In this document: piece after piece, positions 1 to 13,229 of the stretch | Layout: every line of letters starts with the position of its first letter | Position numbering within the stretch: the first letter of the stretch is position 1 | Source: Paraglomus brasilianum | Taxonomy: Eukaryota | Length of the DNA: 50,944 nt | NCBI GenBank assembly: GCA_910592345.1 | Contig: CAJVPI010000128.1 | Span: forward strand, 1 to 50,944 | Direction: 5' to 3' | Notes under the pieces: generated by a model | Databases searched by the model: none | Seen by the model: only the letters and a program-made list of their open reading frames with translations | Told to the model about the DNA's origin: nothing | Position numbers and translations under genes: made by a program

Positions 1-301
1 GAAAACGTAACGTATTGCACCCGAAAAAAACTTAAAAAGTCGCCATTTACCCCATAATATTATTAACCAGATTCCGGCTTTGAGAAATTATAATTAATGT
101 CACGTGATTCAAATAATTTCTATATTGGCGACATTTTTAATTAAAATGTACAATGAAAATGCAAGCTTTGACGACATATTTTTGCTTGACAGTTTTCCAA
201 ATTTGTTCCTTTAATTCATAACACACCCAATCATAGATGAACACGGACAATTTCCTCGAAAATAAAATTGTCGTTATCGGACCCTAACCTGCATTCAAGC
301 G

Positions 302-2277
302 ATGGCAGCAGAATACAAGAAAGTACTATATGATATACAGCGACAAGGCGAAAACAAAGTAAGAATAAACATTTTATACGACACAGTATTCTCATGTTGT
401 CCTCATGTCCTCTCTTCCCTATTACTTACTTGACAACTAGCAATAATAGTGTTAATAATAAGCGTTATTTCTTTTTTTTCTTTATCCCTCTAAAACCTTC
501 AATTCACACCTGAAATCTCGCTTGTCTTTTATGCAATACTTGTAAATATAGCAATGTGTAGACTGTGATGCGCCAAATCCTCAGTGGGCATCTGTCTCTT
601 TTGGTATTTTCATATGTCTTGAGTGTTCGGGTGTACATCGCTCATTCGGAGTACATATCAGGTAAAGTATGTGGATGTCATTATTGCCAAAGAATAGACG
701 AACAATATACACACCAGTTAAAGATTTCAGTAAACTGCTCTCAAATATTGATTAACTATTTTAACGGTTAACAGCTTGCATATTTATCTTAGCTATTGAT
801 ATCTTTATACTATATACCATTTCGTTTTTACTGACTCGATTTTTTCGGGATCGTCTAGTTTTGTCCGCTCAATCACAATGGACAAATGGTATGATGATCA
901 AATAAAGAAGATGCAAGTAAGAATTAATTTCAGTTTATAATTATCCATAACACTCGCATTGTCATGCATACTTACGTGTATGTCTAATTCATTTGCAGTT
1001 AGGAGGCAATGGAGAATGGAAACAATTTTATGAATCGCATCCAGAATACTCTCGTGATATGTCTTTAAAGGACAAGTACCACAGTGCGTTTGCAACTGAA
1101 TATCGAGAGAAGGTAATCGATAATCATCTCAGAATATAAACGCACGTCTCTCTCTTATTCGCATTCTTTCATTATTTTACCTTGTTTATAATACTACACT
1201 TTTTCTATTTCAATCAATTTAATCACACACTTACCAATAAATCTTTAATCCTGTAACAAAGCTAGCAGCAAAATGTGAAGGTCGAAGCTGGTCGCCATCA
1301 TCTACAACAACCCGCCAATCAACGCGCACAAACACGTCAAATAAATCCCTACGACCCACGGCGGTTCACTCGAACTCTTTCCATGCATCGAACCCCAATG
1401 GTTTTAAAAGCGAATCTTCTCTCCCACTATCCTCATCTTCTCAAAAAACTCAAAATGAAGCCTACTTTTCTTCCCTTGGTGCCGCGAATTTGTCTCGATC
1501 CGATGCCATTCCACCTAGTCAGGGCGGGAAATACACGGGATTTGGAAACCCTGCTTTCAGCTATTCAGCATCTGCTTCTACCTCTGCTCCTGATTTGAAT
1601 GAATTCGTAAATGATCCCATGGGCGTTTTGTCAAAGGGATTTAGTTTCCTAAGTCATCAAGTTGTGGAAGGTGCAAAAATTGCTGCACAAAGTGCCGAGA
1701 CGTTAGGATATACAGTGAATGAAAAAGTCATTAAACCCACGGCGGATAAGGTTAGGGAAGGTGAAGTATCGAAGAGTGTGGCCGGATATATGGCTGGACT
1801 TGGAAAGACGGTATGATGATTTTTTGATTATTTATAAGCGGGGGGGGGGGGGGTAGTTGACTGTTAGTATTATTCTTCATTATGCAAGCGCTATTAAAAT
1901 TATGTATCCGCCATATTTAACTAACATTATCCTATCACTTGTAAATTTTTAAAAAGGTAACCGAGACTGCAACCCGTTCGATCTCGTCTCTATCCTCGAC
2001 GCTTTCCAATACCAGTTCGTCTTCCACACAACCTTCACAAACCCAATCCATCTATTCCTCACTTCCCACGTCTCCCAGCGCTGATGGTGACTTTTTTGCT
2101 GAAACAATGAACCATTATCAGCAAAGAAACTCTCCAGCACCCAGTAGGAGTTCTACCCTATTGTCGAAGAATAATACATTGAGACCAGCGTCTTCGAAGG
2201 TTGAAGGTTCAGAAACCACCACTAGAAGGAGGGAAAAGAAAGACGATTGGAACGATGATGAGTGGAGTTCTTGGTAG
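302..2277 (+). CDS. GCS1: ADP-ribosylation factor GTPase-activating protein (Gcs1/ArfGAP1 family), 6 exons
   Basis: Spliced translation [66 protein letters not shown]...LGGN contains the ArfGAP C-x2-C-x16-C-x2-C zinc finger. Also has the GGKYTGFGN motif and an acidic/Trp tail [11 protein letters not shown] (TAG 2275-2277). GT-AG introns. Confidence 0.95.
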
Positions 2278-3233
2278 CAAATCGGGGAATACGAAATGTT
2301 ATGGAGAGGACTTGAAGTTGAATGAACATAGAAGCAAGATTGGAAACATTATTATAGATTTATTTTTTTCAGTTAATGTTTATTTTATTATTTTACATGT
2401 ATCCACTTGAGTAATCAATAATCGCCTGTATTAGGGCGCCTATATTGTTTTGGCTAGATATAGATGACAAATAGAATACGCCTCCAAACAATAAATTTCA
2501 ATAATAACTGCTGAACCTTTGACTGGCATCTATAAGAGTTTCCGACAATTTGTATAGTATCAAACCATGTGATACGCCTTGACCAACGCGATAAAATGTA
2601 CAAACGAATTCGTTATACTCTTTATATTTATGGTCATAAATTGATGAAAAACAAGCCCGTTTTATAGTCTATGCGGTTAGCAGAATCACATATTTAATAA
2701 ATTATTCTACAATTTGCTCAATTCTTCCCATTCACCTTATATTATTCGTCAGCCTTTATACTACCTACGTTCATAAATAATTACGTTAAGCAACAGTTTT
2801 ATTTTGTCGGTAGGTCACGAAAAAGGTCGGATCTTTTTTTTTATACCGGAAACTCTCATAGTATACAAAAAACACCTTTCTATACACATTACATATTATT
2901 CCCTTAATATTATCTTATTTACGAGAGGTAGGCTTTGCCTAATATTATTAATATGTCTCTGTTTTTGGCACCAAGAATCTATTAACATTTAGGTATAGGT
3001 GTGTTTAGGTTATACGCACAGTTCCAAATCTAGGCGCATCAATTGTGTAGTATGTATGACTCACTCTATACGCGGATGCAAGCAAACGCCGCAGAATGCT
3101 TTATTCTCAGTGGTTGTTACACGATATGGCTTAGTACTGTTTTCTCCTGTTGCTATTGGCTAAACCAAAGATATCGGTGGGTCTGTTTTAATTTGTGATT
3201 GTGCTTACAATCTTCATTGCCCATCCTTACACC

Positions 3234-5289
3234 ATGCTGTCTGCAATAGCCATATTTGAAATTCCGGAAAATGAAGCCTGCCTAATAACCGGAGATAATG
3301 AATCTCGCTTGCGGAAAATAGAGTAATTGATTTTGCCGTTTATGTTATTGATGAGAATAATGTGTTCACAGACATTGTTTGCCATCTTCGATTATATCAC
3401 AATTGTCTCTAATCTTCATTCCTTTCCTGTCTTTCTCCATTCTCTCCATCCAGAATTGATACAGGTACAATAATGTCTATTAACTCCACGTGCACCAAGT
3501 TGACGATACAAGGAACGGAATACAATGTACGTCAACACATAATGAATTAATTAATATATTTTCAGAATTAATGCTCTCTAGACGTCACCTGTATCCGGAG
3601 CTAGGGATTACCTTACTTGAAGCTCGTAAGGGGACTAGAATTTGGTTTGATCGATATGTAGGAAGGGATATGAACGCGCATTCGCGTGGAATGCCTTTGT
3701 ATGAATTAAAAATGGAGGCCGGCAACGTAGAAAAGCCGAATATATCAAAGACAAAAATAATAACGTCTGATGCAGGGGGAGAAAGTGATACTTCCGATTC
3801 GATGGGAAGGGCTGATGTACAGCCGGGATCGTTCATCAACCCCCGTAACAGTTCCTTAAATACACATTATTCCTCGTTCTCTTCATCATCTTCATCTTCA
3901 TCTTCATCTTCATCTTCTTCATCATCATCTTCATACTCTTCCTCTTCATTACCTCTTGATTCTCGCCAAACCTTACCGATTCCGACTCGTACAAATCCGT
4001 TCGCGACAACTCAAAATCTTCCGCAAGTGCTTTCTATGATCAAAGCTCATATTTCAACAATCTACCCTACTTCCGAACGAGATCAAGAAATCCATATAAC
4101 AGCCTATTTTGGTAAAGAGCTCTTTTTCAATATACCGAATGAATGTCAAGGGGATTTCTTTACTTACGACGATTGGCGTTCAGTCAAGAGGGATGGCGAC
4201 GAGGGAATGAGGAGTAGTTATCAGCATAGTTGTAACTTATTTGAAGGATATGGAAAGATTGAAAGAATGGACTTGGATTTTATGAGGAGTAATGGAATGA
4301 GGATGAGACACGGGTACGACATAAACGAAAACAGTTTAAGTGTCACCATTTATTTCCGAGATGAAGGTGACGAATGGAAGGTCAAACTGAAGTATGATGA
4401 TAAAGAAGGTTGGTTAAAATTCGAGATAACTCTTGATGTGATTATCAGTTCATTGTGTTTTGTATTATCGTTTTATTTACCACCTCGTTTTTTGTGAAAA
4501 ACAAAATTTCAAATCAATAAACCTAGCCCGCTGGAAACCCACCAAACTCGTTCGCTCACTCAGGCGCGTCATTCTTCTTGACATTATCTCGGCAACCGGT
4601 GCTCCTGATGTTCGCTTTACGGTAAAAACCCAAAAGCGCGTTCCGATTAGTGAAAAAATCGATAATATTATCAAAGAAGTTCAACAAGACAAGAATAAAG
4701 AATCACGTGGATCCGCTGAATCCAGTGAAAGTAGCGCAGATGCGCGCGGAGAGGACAAATATCAAAGTGGCAGGATGAGAATAGTAAATAATCATGACGG
4801 TGGAAACCCGCATTTTACTTTGGAGGACGAGAAAGGGAAAAGGGGACAGAGACAGTTGACATTCTCTATAGAGGATTTCAAGGGTAAACTATCCGTAACT
4901 AGAATTGAGGAAATTCTGACCAAGCAAAAATTTTCGTGAGTACAAAACGCGATTTGCATTGTGGATTGACGTATTAAATAACATCAGATGACTAATTTCA
5001 TCCTCGGTTCATGCGCAGCACTGACACCTACCGCTTATTACTCTGCCGAACTTTATACTCTGCTGTGACCGGCCACATTTCTCAAAATCTCAATGTCAAA
5101 ATGAAACATTACAAATGGGTTGATCTCAAATGTCCGCAAGAATCCAGTACTGACGATGATAGCGACGACGACGACGCGGATAAGCGACGTACGGAAAATC
5201 TACAGAGGAAGGTTCATGCGCTCACGAGAAGTATAGAAGATGGTGTGATGTTTGCGCGGGTCCTATGTAAGAAAATTGCAAAACTTTAG
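3234..5289 (+). CDS. Uncharacterised protein with degenerate N-terminal KH-like domain and poly-Ser tract; frameshift or extra intron near 3520
   Basis: Exon 1 MLSAIAIFEIPENEACLITGDNESRLRKIE continues IDTGTIMSINSTCTKLTIQGTE, a KH-like pattern with a degenerate GxxG. ORFs 3490-4497, 4460-4939 and 5011-5289 can be joined by GT-AG introns. Confidence 0.65.
3868..3948 (+). repeat. (TCT/TCA)n trinucleotide tract encoding poly-serine
   Basis: Visible tcatct/tcttca repeats giving the long Ser run in ORF 3490-4497. Confidence 0.9.
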
Positions 5290-6040
5290 AACAGGCTCAA
5301 GCGGGTTCGGGGTGTATATGCAATATGACACAAAGTGGCTGTTGAAGCCACTACCACCTGTTCTTCAGGATTTATATTCACAAGTGTTAACAAGGAAATA
5401 TAGTTATATGTGCGAATAATGTCGTCATGATTTAGGTATTAGGGGCTTAGAGTAGAAATAACAAATTGTAAATTACTCTATCCAGGTGTGAGAAGTTATC
5501 AATAAACAAGAAAATATTGATTAAATTTGACTAAATGTCCATATGTCTGTGATAATAACAAACGCCTAAGCGTATGTCGATTCGATTAAACATAACGATT
5601 CGTGGATGGTAACCTTAAAATGAGGATATTATCGCTAGCCCGATACTAATGTCACTTAATCGCTTAATTACCTTGAGCTTCAGCTTGCATTTACAAAGTT
5701 TATATTAACAGACCATCGAATCATTGTGAATGACCAATTGTTACCGAGGAAGCCAAGAACGTAACAGGGCCGGTTCAATCGATCAGAATACTTTATTGAG
5801 AATCTTCGAACATCCCTTAAATGCTGATATACAAAAAGCAAATTGAATTAATGTCTTTAAATTACTGAGCGAACATTTCAGCACTGAATTGCCAGTCTCA
5901 CTCGTATCCAAAAGTATTTCGGTAAATGTGCTGCTATCAATTCCATCTAGAATGTTATTAATAATGTAGACGATACAATTCTACGTAGCTAAATAGTTGA
6001 TGAAACATCTATTGATGATAAAAATTCGGATATAATTCTT

Positions 6041-6250
6041 TTATTCGGATGTCGCAAGAATAAAGAGATTAAAGGTAATAACACGAAACCGCGTATTGAA
6101 TAAACTTGGCTTATTTAGTTATCTTTATTTTTCTTAATTACCTATTGTTTTAGTTAACATATAGCTTCCTATAATTGCATGCAAGTAAGGTATAGCATTG
6201 TATAAAAATTAAGAGCGCCAGCAGGGTTGAAGTGAGCACTAACTGAGGAA
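6041..6250 (+). repeat. Diverged dispersed repeat family A, copy 1 (second copy about 8033-8233)
   Basis: Colinear shared blocks: ttattcggatgtc; attacc-attgtttt; cta-aattgca-gc; taagag-gc; gaggaag. Confidence 0.55.
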
Positions 6251-6287
6251 GAACATTAACACGTCAGTCGAAAAAAAGTTCAAACAC

Positions 6288-6404
6288 TCATGTGTCGTGC
6301 CCCATCGCTCTCCCTGATATGCCGGTACGACATAAGTCCATCATATTGACCACCAGAAATGCAGGAGAATAGATCAGAGATCCTGCCACACAAGCTGGTA
6401 ATAA
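6288..6404 (-). ncRNA. Candidate box H/ACA snoRNA-like RNA, apparently intronic in a non-coding host transcript
   Basis: Minus strand: hairpin (AUUACCAG/CUGGUGGU lower stem, internal loop, GCAGGA/UCCUGC upper stem); H box AUAUGA 14 nt after the upper stem; second hairpin GUCGU...ACGAC; then ACA+3 nt. A CUGAC branch point and pyrimidine-CAG acceptor follow. No target identified. Confidence 0.4.
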
Positions 6405-6654
6405 GAAAAGAAATAAGCAAATCCACCAAGGAGACTGTCTTCGGAGTACTATAATCCCTTAAGCGCTTTCCTTTTTAAGGTACAATACTTTATCAATTCG
6501 AATCGCAAATATTTCATTGGCCAAAATCAGTATCATGTGATTGTGCTTTTTTCACGCGTCTCGGGTAACTGTTCATCGACAGCAACTTTTCATCTAACGG
6601 CATGGTTAAAGTGTTTTGTATTTTTTTGTTTTACTTCCGCTTTCAGAAAGTTTT

Positions 6655-6950
6655 CTGTCAACAATCGCGGGAGAGCAATTGATCGTCAACTCTTGGGATT
6701 TAACTATCTTTCAGGCTTCTCCTACTTTAATTAAATACAATAACAGTTAGTAACCTTTAAGCTAGTCTTTTAATCACAATCCTGTGCCGATTGGTAGACA
6801 CTAACCGAGACACTATTCGTCCTCGAGTTACTATTCCCTTCCGATGGGATTAATTCGAAAGCCTATAGCTTGTATATATTCAAACGTATGTCTCATCATA
6901 AGCGGATAACAATCGTAATGCCACGAGAATATCCACCAGACAAGAAGCGA
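6655..6950 (+). repeat. Diverged dispersed repeat family B, copy 1 (second copy about 15596-15865)
   Basis: Shared colinear blocks acaatcgcgg-agagcaat-gatcg, ttgggatt, ggtagacact, tcctcgagtta, ttccgatggga, aagcctatag, cacgagaatat. Confidence 0.8.
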
Positions 6951-8032
6951 ATATTCCTAGTCGGCATAGTAATTAGTGGTTTACAACTACATCGAATAAT
7001 TTATTAGAGAACGAATCCTTGATAATGTATTTCAGAGTGTAACAAACTACTCGTTTATTTCAACATCAATTAAACATTTAAGGATATGATTAATTCTATT
7101 GGAAAGTCGAGTCTCTTATATATCTAACTTGTTGACTTTCTCTATTTTTATCGTACGCGCTGTTATCCACTTTCCTCAAATTTAGTTACTGATTGCGATT
7201 GTACTATTGTCACTTTTGATACTAAATGACAACGCGTAATCAAAATCCTTGTGGCACTGCTGGAGTTACGCAAAATTTAATATTAATATTAGTCTCCACA
7301 TTTCGCTCAATTCTCAAATATGTCTATTTGTATTTCTACTTTGAATTACACCCGTTTAGAGTGTCTTACTTAGGATGCTTATGACAAGAATACGAGTAAA
7401 ATAATAACATAATAGCTTTCAAAATTAGTTTATAATTTACTAACTTTTTTAAGTTATGGGTAATTTTTGTAGAATCTATTAAAATTTCTTACTTTAAATT
7501 GCCACTTATTTTTAAGAGCAAAATTTACGATTTGTGAGTACTTGGTAGTCTGCTAACTTCTGATTTTAATTTATACTGAGTACGTTGGTATAATTTCCCA
7601 TTCTGCTTCAACATTATACTATGCATCGGACCAGAACTTACGTTTGCAAAGAAATCACTATACGTATTATTATTATATTAGTATGTTTGGGACCTGTCTC
7701 AGTTCAGAACCTAGTCACTCAGTCCAGAACTCAGTTGTCTCGGTCCAACTGAGGTACAACAGGTATTAGAAATCTAACTATCGACGTAGCAACTTGTGGG
7801 ATGATAAGTATAAGTGGGAAAGCTAATAATTGTTCACGTTATCTGTCCCAGTTATGAAAGTAGGATCGCCAAATATATTATTATAGTCTATTACAAAAAG
7901 AGTATTCGCGTGCTTGTATTGATTTCCCCCGCGGCAGGGCATAAAGTCATTTCTAGAAAGCCAAAAATGAAGCAGATAGAAATAGTCGGTTGAACTTATA
8001 CTTACTATCGCATAATTCTTAATATTAATCAC

Positions 8033-8233
8033 TTATTCGGATGTCACCTGATTAATAGAATAAAGCGAATAAATTTAATCTATTAATCGATGTCTATAGC
8101 TATTACCAATTGTTTTAATTTAGCATACCTCCTACGAATTGCACGCGATCAAGACTTTTATAGACTAATGCTAAATAATAAGAGTGCTGTAAGATCGAAC
8201 ATTTACCGCTGGTATACCTTATCACGGAGGAAG
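8033..8233 (+). repeat. Diverged dispersed repeat family A, copy 2
   Basis: Colinear similarity to 6041-6250, beginning ttattcggatgtc. Confidence 0.55.
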
Positions 8234-8481
8234 TGAATTAACTCAGTCTTTGAATAGAAGCTAATTCTCAAGTTTCCTATATCACTGCTCTCCCAGACGA
8301 CATATTCTATGCTAGTGCAAAAAAATCTGTTTATTGGTTTGCTATTACTTTCGACAAATTTATATAACGTAAATACTGTAAATGTTCATATGCGAAACTT
8401 TATTAAAAAGAAGTAAAATTATAATGCTTATGGTGATTGGATCAGGAAAAGGCATCACAATTGGCACGATTATAAACGGGA

Positions 8482-9746
<1,265 letters not shown>

Positions 9747-11817
9747 TTCGATAGTATTTGTAGCGTAACAGTGATTAAGCTATTGGTTTATATATTCTGT
9801 CTATGCGTCTAACGATGATGACTCTTTTGTAGGAGAGAATCGACCCGGGTAAATTAAGCGGTTTCAGACAGCTCATCTTGCGTAAATTTGTAGCAAACGC
9901 TAATACTTACTATTAATTAAGTAAGAATGTCAACTATTACACTACGCCGTTTGAAGATTGGAAACCCAGGAATCGTCGCTTACTAAATAAGTTGTAGAGA
10001 AGGAAGCAGTGTCAGGAGAAGGGGGGTGAGGGTTGTGTTGGTTGTTGGGTTGGTTTGCATTCTTCTTGGGATCACACAGAGTGGGCGGAATTACGTCATG
10101 TGAGTGGTGTATGAAAGTTAATAATGTTATTAGAAAGAATATATATCCGCCACAATAGGTGTATAATGTTGCCGATTATGAAGGGGAGGGGGTTGGTGAG
10201 AACGTTTCACGGTCTGCTAATCTGAGGATAACGTTCGAGTGTCACAATAAACGGCATACTGTAATCAGACCATTCGCATAACGTTTATGTTGCTGTGCCA
10301 GAACAAGAAAGTATAATAAACGTTCTAAACAAACTGAATAATCGTACGATCACTTTTAGAACAGCGTTAGTTCGACAAAGCTGGTGTATTCCCGAAATCG
10401 ACTTCCTAATTAATTGATCTTTCAAAAATATCGCAATTTGTTACTCTTCTGATTACGTAATAACTAAACAACTCGCAGCTTTTAGGTTAAACGAAATTCG
10501 TAATAATAACAACAACAATAATAACGTTTGCACATTCTCTCAAACTAACTAGAGATGGGATGCACAACAATTGCAAAGGAGTCGATCGAATACTAAGGCA
10601 ACCATCAATGACTAGTCTCTGGAAACATTTAAGTGCGATGCCTATTTGGTAGAAATAGTTTGGGAAGACAAACTTTATCTTACAAAAGCGCAATTTTTAA
10701 AACGCGTAATAGAATGTGCACGCTCTATCCTTACGCGACACCCGATATATTACGTATTTATTGTAATTTGTAATTTGTTCGTAAGTTAATCGTCTAAAAA
10801 TGCTGACTCTTTTTGAATACTAGGTATGCTCATGTGTTACCAACGCCTGTATAAAAGCAACGCCATCAAGAAGAAAATCATTTTTCTCTGACAACCATGT
10901 AAATGTTAGAAACGCTCAGAATTGTATATGCAGGACACCACTCGGATTCCAAAAAAGAGATGAGCAGTCAATAAACCGTCAGTGAAGCTTTCTATGCTAA
11001 CAAGAACAAAAAATTTGTGCTATATTACTGTAATCATGTCAAATGATAAACCGATCCTGATGGAAACTAGCGATGCAGTATCGTTTTAAAGATTATTCCT
11101 CAATTCTTGTATAATGATGAATAAATAATACCAGTTGTCTTACGACGATTTAAAGTAGTAGCGGCTTCAAAAAATTATTGGGTCCATGATTATCTATTTT
11201 CGCTGTCTGTGACTGCTCCAAAGTTAAGAACATTGCTAATATCTAATTGTATTGGAATTGTGACTTATGTTATCGGCATTACATGTCAGAAACAAATTAA
11301 TTATTTTACAAGTGAAAGGAATCTTATTCTGGACAGAAATATGACTGAATTATTGGGAGAGGCTTTACATGTCAATCGGAACGAGTCTTTCTATCGAATG
11401 TCTTAATTCCGGCTGGTAACTTTATTCACAAATATAGCATCCGATCCGTGTAATGGGGACATATTCGTAAGAAATATGCACTTTTAACGCTTATTCCGTA
11501 TGACAATGAAGTTATTTCGAAGCCTAATGATGGACGTTGTTAATACTTGAAGTGTGGCGGGCTAACGCTTGCTTTTGGGTTAATTCTATCATACACTTTC
11601 ATCGAAGAACACCTACTATTGTAGTATATACCCTACCCTTATTGGATCTAATCGTAGAGGGGAATTGGTTGTTTTATTTATAAGACAGATCGTCTTATTA
11701 TACCAGTTGAAACCCCGCATGCGAATAAAATTTCATCGTAATTTTACAATACATAGGTCTATAAATCCGATTATCTTATTTAATAGAAATATATCCGACA
11801 ATTAAAAGCCTAGGCGA

Positions 11818-12499
11818 TTACCGTTTCAATACTCGTGAAAACAGATTTACAAGTTTTACAAGCGGAAGATAACGCAATCCGTTAAAGTTACGCGGTCCTG
11901 TTAAAAATCCAGCTTCGTGTTGTTTTAGGAGATGATCCGATGCAGAGGGTGATGAGTGCAGCAATGCCAAGCTAAAACATGGGAAACAATTACATGTTAA
12001 AACAAACTCGCTTATTCAACGCCATTTGACTTGCGTCGTCATCACCCCCGTCCCTCACCAACCTCGAGTACTCTCGCGTAATCGATTTTCCATTCAACTT
12101 CCTCGCAGTTCTAGCATTAGTCTTCGTCCGTTGTCCCCTAACTGGATATCCCATAACGTGTCTCTTACCAATGTATGTCCCGATCTGTCTATGATGTAGG
12201 ATATTAGCCTTAACCACTCTTTTCAATTCCGACTCCAATGTCATTTGAGACAATAGTAAGGCTAGCCTATTGAGTTGTGGTTCGGTGAGTTCGCTCAGAC
12301 GACATGTCTTGTGAATAGATATTTTGCTGCAGATTTGCTCAGCAGTTTTCAGACCAATGCCATAGAAATATGTTAGGGCTATCTGTGGAGAGTAAGGTAC
12401 GAATTAGCATAGTGTGAGAAGGAGAATGAGAAGAAAATAAGGTTTAGCAAATACTTTGACATATTTATTATCAGGTAATGTGACACCAAGTAGTTGCAT
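11818..12499 (-). CDS. SWS2: Mitochondrial small-subunit ribosomal protein uS13m, 3 exons
   Basis: MQLLGVTLPDNKYVK|IALTYFYGIGLKTAEQIC...IGTYIGKRHVMGYPVRGQRTKTNARTARK matches the S13 signature. The third exon (C-terminal extension) is less certain than the core. Confidence 0.9.
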
Positions 12500-13084
12500 A
12501 GCTTGCTGTCTTTTGCGCGCTAAAAGCCTAAGCGCATATCCAACATATGCTATAAAATTTTCCAAGTCACATGATTTTAAACGTTGTACGATCTCGCATT
12601 ATTGTCTTTGACAAGAAGGTTTGATTTTACAGAATAATCGTATATTACAAAACATCATATCTAACCCGACGCTATTGATAGAATAAAGTCTGAAAGAACA
12701 GTTATACATCTCCGCAGGACCTATCTATCGAATATATTGGGGTTTGCCTCTCTTGTATGTTATGAAATTTTTTTTTCTCAAACGATATAATAAAAACTCG
12801 ATATCGAACAGCTAAAATATATATGGAATCAGAATGCCACAAAGTGCTTTGAAAAAGAACGGCTTGTTATTATAATTCTATTGTCTCGTGTTCATCTTGT
12901 AGATTGTGACCTCGGGTCCTAAGACCAACGAATTCCAAGATGAAAAGCATGGACCAAATTTAATATTATAAACATTTCTAAATTGGTCTTCAACCCAGCA
13001 TTCACGTGAGTAACAATGCTAAAAGCTGTGTAAAAAGAAAGGAACCAAATACGCACACGTTTACATCACGCGATATCTAATATA

Positions 13085-13094
13085 GTCACGTGAC
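13085..13094. promoter_or_regulatory. Palindromic E-box GTCACGTGAC in the divergent uS13m / Brl1-like intergenic region
   Basis: Perfect palindrome about 135 nt upstream of ATG 13230. Related sites at 13002 (TCACGTGA) and 12566 (GTCACATGA). Confidence 0.55.
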
Positions 13095-13229
13095 GGAGAT
13101 GTTGATAGATTTTAATATACAATAAATTTATTTTGAGCTCACGCACAAAACAAAACATTGTTCCGACGCGCATGTCAAATGTTTTTTCGTTCTTGTTGTT
13201 GACAGTTTACTCCGGAAGCATCAATAGGG

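Noticed and set aside
1840..1853. Intronic poly-G run, possible G-quadruplex
   Set aside because: A simple homopolymer of unreliable length with no evidence of function.
6211..6280. Telomerase RNA-like words (AACCCU, U-rich tract before CUGAC)
   Set aside because: Only one 6-nt repeat permutation, not a 1.5-repeat template. The U-tract and CUGAC are better explained as intron signals.
6200..6476. U11 snRNA-like layout on the minus strand: AAAAAGG start, closing helix AGCGCU/GGCGCU, then AAUUUUUA
   Set aside because: The Sm-like site lacks the terminal G, there is no good 3' stem-loop, the length is far above typical U11, and the 3' part overlaps dispersed repeat family A. A cmsearch with the Rfam U11 model would settle it.
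6951..6959. ATATTCCTA, identical to the snR30/U17 m1 motif
   Set aside because: No m2 motif (AAACCAU) or ACA-terminated hairpin downstream.
7690..7755. Short degenerate repeats (ctcagt(t/c)cagaac), superficially array-like
   Set aside because: Only 2-3 imperfect units with no unique spacers, in a eukaryotic context. Not CRISPR; probably transposon debris.
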